Positions 12,819 through 25,493 of a stretch of DNA of 64,000 nucleotides are shown here, piece by piece. A program made the position numbers and the translations under genes. Source of the stretch: Mustelus asterias (taxonomy: Eukaryota). The stretch is from assembly GCF_964213995.1 (NCBI RefSeq), contig NW_027590699.1, forward strand, positions 62,001 through 126,000. Reading direction: 5' to 3'. The stretch's first letter is position 1. Every line of letters begins with the position of its first letter. The notes beneath the pieces were generated by a model. It did not search any database. It saw only the letters and a list, made by a program, of their open reading frames with translations, and was not told the DNA's origin.

Positions 12819-13205
12819 ACACATGAGGACGGCCTCAACCGGGATCTTGGGTTCATGTCACACTATCTGTAACCCCCACGACTTGCCTGGGCTTGCAAAA
12901 TCTCACTAACTGTCCTGGCTGGATACAATACACATCTCTTTAACCTGTGCTTAACCCTCTCTCCACTCACATTGTCTGTACCTTTAAGACTTGATTACGT
13001 TTAAAGACTCGTATTCCAACCATTATCTTGTAAATTGAGTTTGTGTCTTTATATGCCCTGTTTGTGAACAGAACTCCCACTCACCTGATGAAGGGGCAGT
13101 GCTCTGAAAGCTTGTGGCTTGTGCTACCAAATAAACCTGTTGGATTTTAACCTGGTGTTGTGAGATTACTTACTGTGCTTACCCCAGTCCAACGCCGGCA
13201 CATCT
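12819..13205 (+). mobile_element. Penelope-like element 3' end (GIY-YIG C-terminus plus pseudo-LTR)
   Basis: 12819-12872 encodes THEDGLNRDLGFMSHYL*, resembling the end of PLE endonuclease ORFs. It is followed by a UTR, a hammerhead motif, AATAAA and the CCTGTTGGA(C/T)TTTAACCTGGTGTTGT repeat found about 8 times in the window. Confidence 0.75.
13081..13116 (+). ncRNA. Minimal type-I hammerhead ribozyme motif (PLE-associated)
   Basis: CAC-CTGATGA-A-GGGGC-AGT-GCTCT-GAAA-GC-TT-GTG. Confidence 0.65.
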
Positions 13206-13357
13206 TTGGACTGTGGAAGGAAAACCGGAACATCCGGAAGAAACCCACACAGACACGGGGAGAATGTAGAAACTCTGCACAGACAGTGACCCGAGGCTGG
13301 AATTGAACCCGGGTCCCTGGCGCTGTTAGGCAGCTGCACTAACCACTGTGCCACCGG
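13200..13357 (-). mobile_element. HE1-like SINE 5' part
   Basis: GGTGGCACAGTGGTTAGTGCAGCTGCC...GGGTTCAATTCCAG head on the minus strand. Confidence 0.8.
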
Positions 13358-13412
13358 GCCACATGTCAGTGCCATCGCCCGACTCCAGCCCAGTCTCAGC
13401 TCATCTGGAACC

Positions 13413-13603
13413 CTCACCCATTCCATTGTGACCTCACACCCTCACCCATTCCATTGTGACGTCACACCCTCACCCATTCCATTGTGATGTCACACCCTCA
13501 CCCATTCCATGGTGACGTCACACCCTCACCCATTCCATTGTGACGTCACACCCTCACCCATTCCATTGTGACGTCACACCCTCAGCCATTCCATTGTGAC
13601 GTC
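13413..13603. repeat. 28-bp minisatellite (~6.8 units) built around a CRE palindrome
   Basis: The unit is CTCACCCATTCCATTGTGACGTCACACC. Four units keep a perfect TGACGTCA. Confidence 0.92.
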
Positions 13604-13959
13604 GGGGCTTCACTCTCCGATCACAATCCCTGCCGGCCTCCCACATGCAGCCTCAATGGCGGCAGTCAGCCCGGGTCTAACACTACAAGCTGCCGCTCCA
13701 TTTGGTACAAAGGGGGGGAACCGGGAAGTTCATTTCCGGGGTTTGGGTTTGAACAACATGTTTACAAAGCCTCTCGACCCACCCGCCACATTTATCATTC
13801 CCCGCACGCCGCCCTCTACCTCGTATTGATCTCGCTTCCAAACTAAAACCGGCCGTCCGTCGCCATTACCCGCAGTGATGTGGAGATGCCGGCGTTGGAC
13901 TGGGGTAAACACAGCAACAAGTCAAACAACACCAGGTTAAAGTCCAACAGTTTATCTGG

Positions 13960-14182
13960 TTCACCCGCACTGCGCATGCTTCAGGTCCCGCCCCTCATTC
14001 ATTCCGATTGGTTGGAGGACCAGCCGCTCCCATTCGGTCCTCCAGTCCCGCCCCTCATTCACTCCGATTGGTTGGAGGACCAGCCGCTCCCGTTCGGTCC
14101 CCCAGCCCCCACCCCTCTTCCTATTGGTCCGGAGCTGCCGTCAATCAGTCCCCGGGCATTGTGATGTGGAGCATGCGCAGTG
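13960..14182 (+). promoter_or_regulatory. ZNF promoter cassette (NRF1-like, GC box, CCAAT boxes, TGATTGAC)
   Basis: ACTGCGCATGCT...CCCGCCCCTCATTC..GATTGGTTGGAGGACCAGCCGCTCC (x2)...ATTGGTCCGGAGCTGCCGTCAATCA...GCATGCGCAG. Homologues are at 20010-20150, 32060-32195, 32625-32775 and 46175-46315. Confidence 0.65.
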
Positions 14183-15168
14183 TCATTGCTGTCCTTGGCG
14201 CTTGTTTGTCCCGGAGAAGCGGAGTCAGCGTTAGGCGGTGGCTGGGAGGATTTGGAAACACTTTGTGGATCCGCAAACCCTTCAGAATCATTGTCAGCTC
14301 CCTGGTTTGCAGCTGCGGGGCTTCTCCCTCCCTCCCTCCCGGGAACAGGCCCAGGTTAACGGCCCCATCCTGGCTCAGCCACTGGAGGATGGTTCACATC
14401 AGAGGATGGGGGAGGGGGACAATAAATAAGAGGTTACACTTTGGCCTCAAATCAATGAGGACTCTGATCTCTGGGAAGGAAGGAAACCCTGGGAGGTGGG
14501 CGGGGAGGATTCACAAACACCCGCTGGAGGCCCCAACACCCCCAATAAGACCCATTGGTTTTATTGTCAGTCTGCAGACAGGAGCTGGAGAACTGAATCC
14601 AGACCGAGGAGAGGGAGGGAGAAAACTGGGAGTGGAGGAAAGAAATGGTGAGATGGGTTTGGATTTCAGCCCAGGGAGGAGGGAGAGTGTGTGGGACGGG
14701 GATTTACTGATTTGGGGGAACAAGAAAGGAAAAAATGTTCCAGAGAAACTAGAATTGTCTGTTCAGAGTTTGTATCGTGTTCTGACAGTGATGACTTTTC
14801 TAAACTGTTTTTACAGGATATTGGAAGTGAAAGATTGGCAGACAGAAAACTCAAACCGGACATCACATCTGACAAAGTCATTCAGTTCCTTCGGAGCTGA
14901 ATATCATCGGTCTTTGAATATAGAAAGAGAAATATTTGTCTGTTCTGCCTGTGGGCAAATAAATTAAACATCAGTATGACCGGAAAAGCATCGAGACAAA
15001 CACACACCCGAGTGAGAGTGTTCCAGTGAACTGAATGTGGAAAGAGCTTTAACCAGTTACACAGCCTGAAAAAACATCACAGTTCACAGCAGGGTGAAAC
15101 TACGTGTATGTTGTGTGTGTGGATGTGGCTTGAACTGATCATCCAACCTGGAGAAACACAAGGGCACC

Positions 15169-16315
15169 ATGGAGAAACCGTGGAAATGTGTGGAGTGCGG
15201 GAAAGGATTCGGTTTCCCATCACAACTGGAAGTTCATCGGCGCAGTCACACTGGGGAGAGACCGTTCACCTGCTCTGTTTGTGGGAAGGGATTCACCCAT
15301 TCATACAACCTTCTGACTCACCGACGGGTTCACACTGGGGAGAGGCCGTTCACCTGCCCTGTGTGTGGGAAGGGATTCACTCGCTCATCCCACATTGTGA
15401 CACACCAACTTGTTCACACAGATGAGAGAATGTTTACATGTTCTGACTGTGAGAAGAGTTTTAAATGCAAAAAAGATCTGCTGACGCACCAACGTATTCA
15501 CACTGGGGAGAGACCATTCACCTGCTCTGTGTGGGAAAGGATTCATTCAGTCATCCCACCTGCAGACACATCAACTTGTTCACTCTGATAACAAACTTTT
15601 TAATTGTTCCCACTGTGCGAAGAGCTTTAAAAACAAAAAGGATCTGCTGACGCACCAATATACTCACACTGGGGAGAGGCCATTCACCTGCTGTGTGTGT
15701 GGGAAGGGATTCAGCCGTCCACCTGCCCTATTGAACCACCAGAGAATTCACACTGGGGAGAGGCCCTTCACCTGCTCAGACTGTGGGAAGGGATTCATTA
15801 ATTCATCCAACCTTCTGATACACCAGCAGCTCCATACAGGGGATCGACCGTTCACCTGCTCTGAATGTGGGAAGAGATTCACCCGTTCATACAACCTTCT
15901 GACACACCAGCAGGTTCACAGTGAGGAGATGCCATTCACTTGCTCCGTGTGTGGGAAGGGATTCACTCGTTCATCCAACCTATTGAATCACCAGCGAGTT
16001 CACACTGGGGAGAGGCCGTTCACCTGCTCCATGTGTGGGAAGGGATTCAGTCAGTCATCCAACCTGCTGACACATCAGAGAGTTCACAGTGGGGAGAGGC
16101 CATTTACCTGCTCTGTCTGTGGGAAGGGATTTTCTCATTTATCTTATCTTCTGAAACACCAGCGAGTTCACACTGGGGAGAGGCCATTCACCTGTAATGT
16201 CTGTGGAAAGGGATTTATTCAGTCATCCCACCTGCTAACACACCGGCGAGTTCACAAGGGACTGCAAGGTTTGGATTCTACACTTATTGATGCTGTTAAT
16301 CATATCCAGGTCTGA
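15169..16315 (+). pseudogene. 13-finger C2H2 ZNF with a single 2-bp frameshift (ZNF-B left copy)
   Basis: ORFs 15169..15588 and 15695..16315 join into one array if GT is restored in the GT run at ~15530. The right-arm paralog has TCTGTGTGTGGG there. This could be a real lesion or an assembly indel. Confidence 0.75.
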
Positions 16316-19300
16316 ATCATCTTCACTCTGACTTTTTTCTTCTGTTGAGGTTTGATATTCTGAATAAATGTGAAATAGACATTTGATTGAACCATTGTTG
16401 TAGATTTTTGTCTTTTCCATTTGAGTGTTTAACGTCACCAGGCTGGAGCTCAGAAAGGGCAATCTGAGGGAGGGTCATACAGTAGGAACAGAACTTCATT
16501 CTTGACCCAGTCCTTCAGGGTCACGCTGAGAGGGACAAACAGCACTTTGGTCTTTTTCGTCACTTTTCACTGACAGCAAAGTCCCCGTGTGGGTGAATCC
16601 TGAGGTGTGTGAGAAATGTGTCCCAGTCGTTCTTTTCCATGGTTCCGAGCTCCCAGACACAGAACAGAAGCTCCTTTACAACTGTGTTTAGAGTCAGGAA
16701 GAACAATGGTGAATGCGGGAAACGTGCTGTCAAAGATTGGTGTAAAACTGGGATCTATTCCTGACTGAGAGTGAAACGGCAGGTTTAGGTTTCCAGACTT
16801 AGAATGAAGAAAAGTGTAAAACATTTTAATGTGTGTGTGTGTCAGTCCTGGTTTATTGAACAGAAACTGGCTTCAAATAAATTGGTGGAAGTCTGCATTA
16901 AAGTAGCAGCTGGAGAAGTTCAAAGGAGCCTGTTAACTGCTGGGACAATGAGACAACAATTTGATTCCCAGATAGAGAAGGAGCTGCAGTGTGTGTCCAA
17001 GAATTCTCAGTTTTGTTGATGTGTGCTTCCCATACACTATCCTTTTAAATAAACCTCACTCCTATCAGCCTTTAACCATTATAAACAGAACAGAGAGAAG
17101 CTGAGCAGCAACAGAGCCCTGACTGACCATTTAAGAATGAGTGATGTGTTCAGCTGAAGTTTCCTGTTGGTAGTTTTCTGGGTGATCTCCTTATTTTGAT
17201 CATTCTCAGTGACCCCTGGGTGTGAACCTGCTCTCCTCTCTTTCAGACATTCACTCACTCAACATCTCCTCTCTCTCAGAAACTCAATCACTTAACCTCT
17301 CTCATCTCTCTAACACTCACTGAACATCTCTCTCTCTCTCTCTCTCCAGGCATTCACTCACACGTTACCTTCCATCTCTCTTACATTCTAACCTCGCTCC
17401 TCTCTCATTCACTTAACCTCTTCCCTCTCAGATACTGTGTTCATCACTTAATGTCTCTCTATCTTTCTTTCAAACACTCACTCATTTAACCTTCCTATTT
17501 CAGATCTGCTTAAACTTATTCATTGTTTTCTCTCTCTCGTTACCTCTCTCTGAAAAAGCACAAACACACTTCATCTCTCTTCACTGTCTGAGAAAACATC
17601 TAATTGATGGAGATTCAATCCTCTCTGTTTCTCTCTCCCACTTCCTCTGACAGGCCCTGACTCACTTTAAATCTCCTCTTTTCTAATAACCCTCTTTGGG
17701 AAAACTCATTTGTTCTCTAATTCCTCCTCATTTCTCCCAGTGATGACCCTCAGTCCATCTCCCAATTCAGTGAATGTGTTAAAAATCCAAATAATCTCCT
17801 TTCTTTATTGTTTAAAATGGGAATGGAGCTGAATGTAATGCTGAGACCGGCAGCAATCTGTGTGGTTGTTCTTGATGCTGTCAGAGTGAGTTCACCCTCA
17901 CAGGAAGGAAGACTGTTCACGGTGATAACATCAAACTGACGCCGGCTGTTTCATTCTCAGGTAACACAACTTCCTGTTTCTCTGCTGCCGGCTCCAAACC
18001 TCACATCTCACTTCTGAGCAGAAAATAAATCCAGGGACCACAATCTGGTGAGAACATCTGTCAATGCGGCCGATATCTGTCCACAGAGTCAGGGCAGAGT
18101 CACACAGGTCACATTGTGGTGACATTTACAAATGAACCAGTTATTTCTGTTCAGAGTTTCCATTCGCAGATAAAACCAGCTGTGTCTGTGGATCAGTTAC
18201 TGAGTTCCCTCTGTTCCCTGTAGCTGGGAACTGATAGCCTGCTCCCTTATATTTTATATCATTCTCTCTGTATTGCTTGTTTCCTCTATTTCTCAGCTTT
18301 TATCTTTGACCTTCCTCATCTTTCTGCTTTTTAAAATCTTCCTCAATTTTTCTCTCAGTCTTTCCGTCTCTCTCTTCCTCTGTAACTTTCTCAGGCTCTG
18401 TGTGTTCCTATTTAATCGACATGTTCAAAATCATGAAGAGTTTCTGATTGATTATAGAAGGAAAAACAGGGAGAGAAGCAGAAAAACCCAGCAGATCCGG
18501 CGGCATCTGTTGAGAGAGAAACAGTTAACATTTTGAGTCCATATAATTCTTCAGGGCAGGAAAAACATGGGTTATCCATCTTAGATTAGGGAATGTGATG
18601 GGGCGATTTAATAGAGATGTTTCAAATGACAAATGATTTATGATAGTTTCTCTCCATTGACACTATCTCCCAGGAGCAGGAAGTCTGTCGATGGTGAGAA
18701 TCTATTTCCCAGGTGCAGGAGGGTCTGTAAGCAGAGGATACAGAGATTTAATATAATTGACAACAGAACTGGAGGGGGTGATAAGGAAAATTTTTTACAC
18801 AATAACTGGATATGATCTGGAATGCACAAACTGACAGGTGCTAGAAGCAGGTTTAATAGCAACTTTCAAAGGGAATTGGATAAATACTTGCAGAAGGTAA
18901 ATTGGCAGAGTTATGGTCAATGGGATTAATTGGACAGTTCACTCATCTTTGTGACATTCTGAATGTTTCTCTCCTGAGGTTTTAATGTTTGATCTTTTCA
19001 GTCACAATGTGTCTCAAACAGAAGATTAAACCATTGGGTTTGATGAGCCTTCAGATCTGTTTCCTGTGTGTAACTTGAGAACTGCAGATAACCATGAGAA
19101 GGAACTGATTATTATCAGTTCCTCGAACAGATACACCTCAGATATCAGAAATCCCTGGAGTTCCCCATGTCCTCATTATTCTCCCCTTGAGTATAACAGC
19201 TCTCAGTCAGGCCGAGTCAGTCGCATGTGCCTCTGTCATGATGTTTCCACTTGTATTTTATCACTCACCTCCCAGTGACACTCACCATAACACAGACACC

Positions 19301-19778
19301 TTAAAATATCATTGTTCCCTTACACTTTGTCCTCCTATTATAATCAAATGTTTGTTGGGCCTCTTGTCTCCCTTAATGTCAGATTATCTGCAGTTAAAAT
19401 GACCTCAGAGACACTGAAACCGACTTCAGTGATTATTATACCAGACTCCAATCAGCCCCAGGAGCTGCAGTTGTAAAATACAGTAAGAGTTTTAACAACA
19501 CCAGGTTAAAGTACAGCAGAAATACAGCAGAATGTAAAATACAGCAGAATTGGAATAACAGCCAGGTTATTGTCTGATACTGACAGTGGCAGAGTAACAC
19601 ACACCGGAATCTAAATACATTATATCAATGGACCATGACTCACTCACACTATCAAATGAAACCTAAACTTTGGTTCTGGTGCACGTGATACTGACTGTAT
19701 TACCATTACATTGGATCTAATGCTGTGTTTACTAACAGACTGCAACGTGACTCTTATTATTTGAACAAACATTGTATC

Positions 19779-19960
19779 TGTTACACTCAGAGTAAGTCAG
19801 TGCTTTGCTGTGTTGTCTCTGTGCTCCATCCCCACTCTGATTGTATTGGAGCCTGTGTGTGTCACTGTTACACTCAGAGTAAGTCAGTGCTTTGCTGTGT
19901 TGTCTCTGTGCTCCATCCCCACTCTGATTGTATTGGAGCCTGTGTGTGTCATTGTTACAC
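19779..19960. repeat. 87-bp tandem repeat, 2 units
   Basis: TGTTACACTCAGAGTAAGTCAGTGCTTTG... starts at 19779 and 19866. Confidence 0.9.
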
Positions 19961-20009
19961 TGAGACTCTGTCACTGTGATTATTGGACAAACAGCAAGTT
20001 ACCGTCACA

Positions 20010-20430
20010 ATGCCCAGCTGATTGACGGCAGCGCGGACCAATGGGAAGAGGGGGCAGTACTGGAGGCCCGATCTGGAGCGGTCGGTCCTCCAACCAATAG
20101 AAGTGAATGAGGGGCGGGGCCAGCTTTGACTTGAGCATGCGCAGTGTGAGTAATGGCAATGGAGGCGGCTTTTGTTTTGGGCTCGGAAATCTGTTCGAGG
20201 TGATTGGCGGTACGGAGAGAGCAATGGATCGCCCAGGTGGGTGGAAACGCTGCGTAAGCATGTTGTGTAAGCCGCAAACCGCGGAAGAGAGCTTCCCGGA
20301 CCCAGTTTGTACCGAGCAGGACTGCAGCTCCTCATGTTCGTTAACGTTCGCCATCTTTATTGGGGGCAATATGCAGCAGTGCGCACGTGCGGCCGCCATG
20401 TCTGTAGAGGGCAATGTTGTCAATCAGTGG
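20010..20430. promoter_or_regulatory. CpG-island promoter cassette, probably bidirectional
   Basis: Reverse-oriented homologue of ~13650-14165: TGATTGACGG-9nt-CCAAT, GGGGCGGGG, GCATGCGCAG, plus YY1-like GCCGCCATG. Confidence 0.6.
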
Positions 20431-20597
20431 GAGGCGCTTGTTCCCCAGTGTTCAGAATGGAGACAACTTGTCCATCAAACTGCATCAACCCTCTGAGTCC
20501 CAATATCTTATTGATGAGGCAGAGCAGTGACAGAGAAGGAAAAAGAAAGGGAAAGTAAAACAGAAAATGCTGGAAAATCTCAGCAGATTTGATAGCA

Positions 20598-21189
20598 TAG
20601 AACATAGAATGTTACAGCGCAGTACAGGCCCTTCAGCCCTCGATGTTGCGCCGACCTGTGAAACCAATCTAAAGCCCATCTAATCTACACTATTCCAATA
20701 CCATCCATATGTTTATCCAATGACCATTTAAATGCCCTTAATGTTGGCGAGTCCACTACTGCTGCAGGCAGGGAATTCCACACCCTTACTACTCTCTGAG
20801 TAAAGAACCTACCTCTGACATCTGTCCTATATCTATCACCCCTCAATTTAAAGCTATGTCCCCTCGTGCTAGCTATCACCATCCGAGGAAAAAGGCTCTC
20901 ACTGTCCACCCTATCTAATCCTCTGATCATCTTGTACGCCTCTATTAAGTCACCTCTTAACCTTCTTCTCTCGAATGAAAAATTACACCATAGATAAGTA
21001 AGCCCCACCAACGCCTCTACTTTCTCAGAAGACTAAGGAAATTCGGCATGTCCGCTACGACTCTCACCAACCTTTACGGCTCCCGAGTCAAGGTCAGGGT
21101 CGGAGGATAAACATTCTCTCCACCTCCGGCACCACCCCCGCGCCCCCCCCTCCCCCCGTCCCCGCACGCCCCCAAAGGTCTACACTCAC
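20598..21189. mobile_element. Composite insertion: CR1 3' end (minus, 20598-20980) plus a Rex1/Babar-like scrap (plus, ~21005-21080)
   Basis: ORF 20685..21011 is the CR1 C-terminus. ~21007-21078 encodes HQRLYFLRRLRKFGMSATTLTNLY. The block is absent from the right arm (~43120-43130). Confidence 0.7.
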
Positions 21190-21675
21190 TGGGGAGTGAG
21201 AATAGAACCAACGTTTCGAGACTGGACGACCCATAGTCAGAGTGTACACGCGTAAACAGAGCATGTAAACTTCAACACCCTCCACGTACCCTTGTACACC
21301 TCTATCAATCTACTTTGCTCCAAGGAGAACAACCCCAAGTTATCCAGCCTAACATTGTAACTATAATTCCTCATCCCTGGAACCATTTTGATAAATCTCC
21401 TCTGCACCCTGTCAAGGAGCCTCGCATCCTCCATAATGTGTGGTGTTCACTGGTTTGCACAGACCCAGGTATTCTGTGTTCCTGTCTGTGATCTCATCAC
21501 ATACTTACAATTGCACAGTGACACCACCCCCACTCCCTGGGGATTTCCCCAACTGGGAGATTTTTCTCTGATGCCAATGCTTCTGATATCTTTCCAGCTG
21601 CAGGCTCCAGCAGGAGATTTTAATATTAAAATCAGTTAAATTGTTTCAGAGGTGAGTGTTTGTGACCATTCACAG

Positions 21676-23185
21676 GCACGGGTTCTCGTCATAAACCAGC
21701 TGGTCGCCTCCATGCTGTGGTACCGGCTGGTCCCTTTGACCCCTCCCCCTGGCTTTGTCGCTGATATCCAGAAAACCCTCCTGCGGTTCTTCTGGGGCAA
21801 TCGACTGCACTGGGTCCCTGCTGCGGTTCTGCATCTCCCGCTTGAGGAGGGCGGACAAGGTCTGGTGTGCCTCCGCACTCAGATAGCGACCTTCCGCCTC
21901 CAGGCCCTGCAGAGGTACCTTTACGTTGAGCCCCCTCCACAGTGGTGTGCCATGGCGACGTATTTCTTCCGCCACTGGCACAGCCTCAATTATGACGTGC
22001 AGCTCCTGCATATCGAACTGGGGCGTGCTCCGACCGCCCTGCAGGAGTTGCCCGTCTTTTCCAAGGACCTCCTCACTGTCTGGAACAAGGTCGCCTCGCG
22101 ACGCAGCTCCCCCCCCGTCAGGAGTAGCGGCTCTTGTGCGAGAGCCGCTGCTCAGGAATCCGCTCCTCCAGCCGTATAACTTCAGGTGGCTGGCGGAGAG
22201 GAGGGCTGTGGACGCCGGGGTGACCAGAATCGGGGACGTGCTCGATGGCGGAGGGGCGGGCTGGATGAGCCCCCACGTGCTGGCTGAGCGCGCGGGGACG
22301 TCCGTCCGGCACGCGGCCAAAGCCATCCTAGACCTTAGGACGGTCGTGCTCGGCCCCAAAAGTGCACGCAAACTTGAGGCGGCGCAGGCGTGCGGTGGGA
22401 TCCCGCCCGAGCGTTCCCCTGTTCGGGCGGAATTCCACATTGGCCCAAAACTTCAACCCTCCTCCTCGGGTCAGGTGCCCCACAGCCTGAGCCGTCTCGC
22501 GGAAATGTCCTCCGTGCCTTTTTCTACCGCGCGGAGGCGTTTCCTGTGCGGGCTGCTGCTGCACACCTTCCACTATCGCCTGTCGCCCGGATACACCTTG
22601 GCGGGCCTTGTTTCCGTAGAGGTCCCTCTATGGAGAGATTGCCCCAATTACATCGGGGACCTGGGGTGAAGGGTGATGCATGCAGCAGTTCCGCACAACT
22701 GTAGGATTCACTGGTTCACGGGCTATGAAGCTTGCCCTTTCTGTGGCCTTGTGAAGTCCGTGGACCATGTCAATGTTTGGTGCCTTAGGTGGCACTCTCT
22801 TTTTGTTGGGGTCGGGATGGCGACCTCCTCGTGAACCTGCTCCTGGGCCTGGCGAAACGCGCCATTTACCGGTCCAGGCAGCGGGCGATCGAGGGGGCCG
22901 TCCATCCTGACTGTCTGCCCCTCTACCGCAGCTACGTTCGCGGCCAGGTGTCCCTGGAGAGGGAGCATGCGGTGTCCACGGGCGCGGTTGACGCCTTCCG
23001 TGCCCGTTGGGCACCGCAGGGGTTGGGGTGCGTTATTGACCCGAATAATCACATTTTAATTTGATGTTTTTAAGTTTCCTTTGTACTTTGATTTTGTTCG
23101 GGCTGTTCCCCCTCCTTTTGGGGAGCTGCCCCTTTTACTTTGTCCTGATTTAACTTGAGTTTGTTTATTTGTTTTGACCTAAAAG
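21676..23185 (+). mobile_element. Tx1-clade (L1 superfamily) LINE, 5'-truncated and frameshifted
   Basis: RVLVINQLVASMLWYRL...LHLPLEEGGQGL, a C-terminal CPFCG..SVDHV zinc knuckle, a GC-rich body and a T-rich 3' UTR. Confidence 0.8.
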
Positions 23186-23338
23186 AGGCCAACATTCGTG
23201 AGTAAAACACTTTCTTTTCTCATTCTGGGGGAAATTGGGGACTTGCAGCAACTGAAGGGAAAAGACGTGAATCCAGGGAGGCTGCAGACTCTGTGAAGAT
23301 TGGCCCAGGTCTCTCTCTCTCTCTTAAAGACATTGATA

Positions 23339-23820
23339 TAGAAACATAGAAGATAGGAGCAGGAGGAGGCCATTTGGCCCTTCGAGCCTGCTCCGCCATT
23401 CATTACGATCATGGCTGATCATCCAACTCAGTAGTCTCATCCTGCTTTTTCCCCATAACCTGTGATCCCATTCGCTCCAAGTGCTTTATCCAGCCGCCTC
23501 TTGAATACCTTCAATGTTTTGGCACCAACTACTTCCTGTGGTAATAAATTCCACAGACTCACCACTCTTTGGGTGAAGAAATGTCTCCTCACCTCCGTCC
23601 TAAATGGTCTACCCTGAATCCTCAGACTGTGACCCCCGGTTCTGGACTCCATCGGGAACATCCTCCCTGCATCTATCCTGTCTCGACCTGTTAGAATTTT
23701 ATCAGTCTCTATGAGATTCCCCCCTCATTCATCTGAACTCCAACGAAAACAATCCTAACCTGGTCAATCTCTCCTCCTACATCAGTCCCGCGATTCCCTG
23801 AATCAGCCTGGTGAACATCC
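23339..23820 (-). mobile_element. CR1 LINE 3' end
   Basis: ORF 23437..23661 (RTGGHSLRI...FFTQRVV) and tail TAGAAACATAGAAG. Confidence 0.85.
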
Positions 23821-25493
23821 TTTGCTCCCTCAGCTTGACACATTTATTTGTCTGTCTAAAAGGATGGTCTTTTTCCTCATGTTCACATTAAAGGACAGCT
23901 TTCCTCAGGAGATGGCTGACATTTAAGGGGACAGAACGTTAATATAGGACAGAGATATGTCTGGTGTTATTATATGGTACCCAGATTAGATATATTATTT
24001 ATGTTTCTGTAATAAAATACTTTTATTATTAGTTCTTGCATTGTAATATAATGCTGTAGCGATGTTATACATTTCCAGTCATAAAGTCATTACAGCACAG
24101 AAGGAATCCATTCGGTAACTCGAGTCCATGCTGACTCTCTGTATAACATTCCAGTCCCAATCCCCCTCTATATCCCCATTCTCCTGAAAGTTTATTTCCT
24201 TCAAATGCCCAACCACTTTCATTTTTAAATAGAATCCATAGATATGGATGGAGAGTTACAACTTTTTGGGAATGAAATAGGAAAGAATGTTCCATAGAAA
24301 CTAGAAATGTCTGCTCTGAATTTCTATCCTATACTGACTGTGATGACTTTTGCAAACTCATTTCATAGGATATTGAACGAGGAATCACAGGCAAAAATCT
24401 CAACCGTCACATCTAGGCAGAGTCATATTCCTTGGGATCTGAATATCTTGTAATATGGAACTGTAGCTACGTTATATATTTCCAGACATCTCTTCCCTCA
24501 GAGGGTTGTTAGTCTTTTGGATTTCTCTTCCACAGGGACCAGTGGAGGCTGAGGATCATTGAATATATTCCAGTTAGACAGATCTTTGACTGACAAAGGT
24601 GTCAAGAGTTATGGGGAACAGACAAGAAGATGGAGCAAAAGCTAATATGTGAGGGGATTTCTTCACTCAAGGATGTGCTAAAGCTTTGGAATTCTCAACC
24701 CCTGAGGACAGTGAAGCCTCAGTCATCAACTATTTTCAAGAGAGAGATTGATTGGTTTCTAGATATTGAAGCTATCAAGGGATATGGGTTTAGTGTGGGG
24801 AGAATGATGCTGAGGTAGATGAACGAATTATCTCATTGAATAGTTTAAAAGGCTCGATGGACCAAATGGCCGACTGCAGCTCCAATTTGTTATGGTCTCT
24901 GTGTCCAGGACAGGAAGCAGTGAGCATGGATCTGTCAATCAGCCTCAATCAGCACCTTCAGGAGAATTGGGAGGGTGAATATTAGATACAGCAGAGTGAG
25001 AATGGAGGGAGAGTGTGTGGGATGGAGATTCACAGCTTTTTGGGACTGAAATAGGAAAGAATGTTCCATAGAAACTCGAATTGTCTGTTCTGAATTTCTA
25101 TCCTGCACTGACACTGATGACTTTTGTAAACTCATTTTCCAGGATACTGAAAGAGGAATCACAGACTGAAATCTCAAACTTCACGTCTAGATCTGACAGA
25201 GTCATATTCCTTGGGAGCTGAATATCATCGGCCTTTGAATCCAGAAGGAGAAATGATTGCCCGGTCTGTTGATTTGAAAAGATTTCAAACATCAGTGTGA
25301 CTGGAAAAGCATCGACACACTGCCACACTAGAGTGAGAGTGTTCCAGTGCACTGACTAAAGAGCTTTAAGCAGTTACACAGCCTGAATAAATATCACACC
25401 ATTCACAGCGGGGAGAGACTGTACCCGTGTTCTGTGTGTGGACGAGGCTTCAACTGATTGGTCACCCAAGGGAGAGGCAAGGACACCTGCACC

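Larger units (their letters stand above)
7375..21675 (+). repeat. Left arm of a large inverted segmental duplication
   Basis: Colinear reverse-complement homology to ~62735-42640. Examples are ORF-track pairs 11505..11732/55430..55657, 16235..16462/49860..50087, 17931..18125/48200..48394 and 21388..21639/42672..42923. Confidence 0.93.

Noticed and set aside
14008-14967. 319-aa ORF, and similar ORFs 54080..54925, 11902..12504 and 32445..32927
   Set aside because: They span GC-rich promoter or repeat sequence, show no recognisable domain and are not preserved as ORFs in paralogous cassettes.
14640-15168. KRAB, SCAN or BTB effector exon upstream of the fingers
   Set aside because: No such motif was recognisable in any frame of the ORF track. 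A short or divergent exon cannot be excluded without an HMM search.
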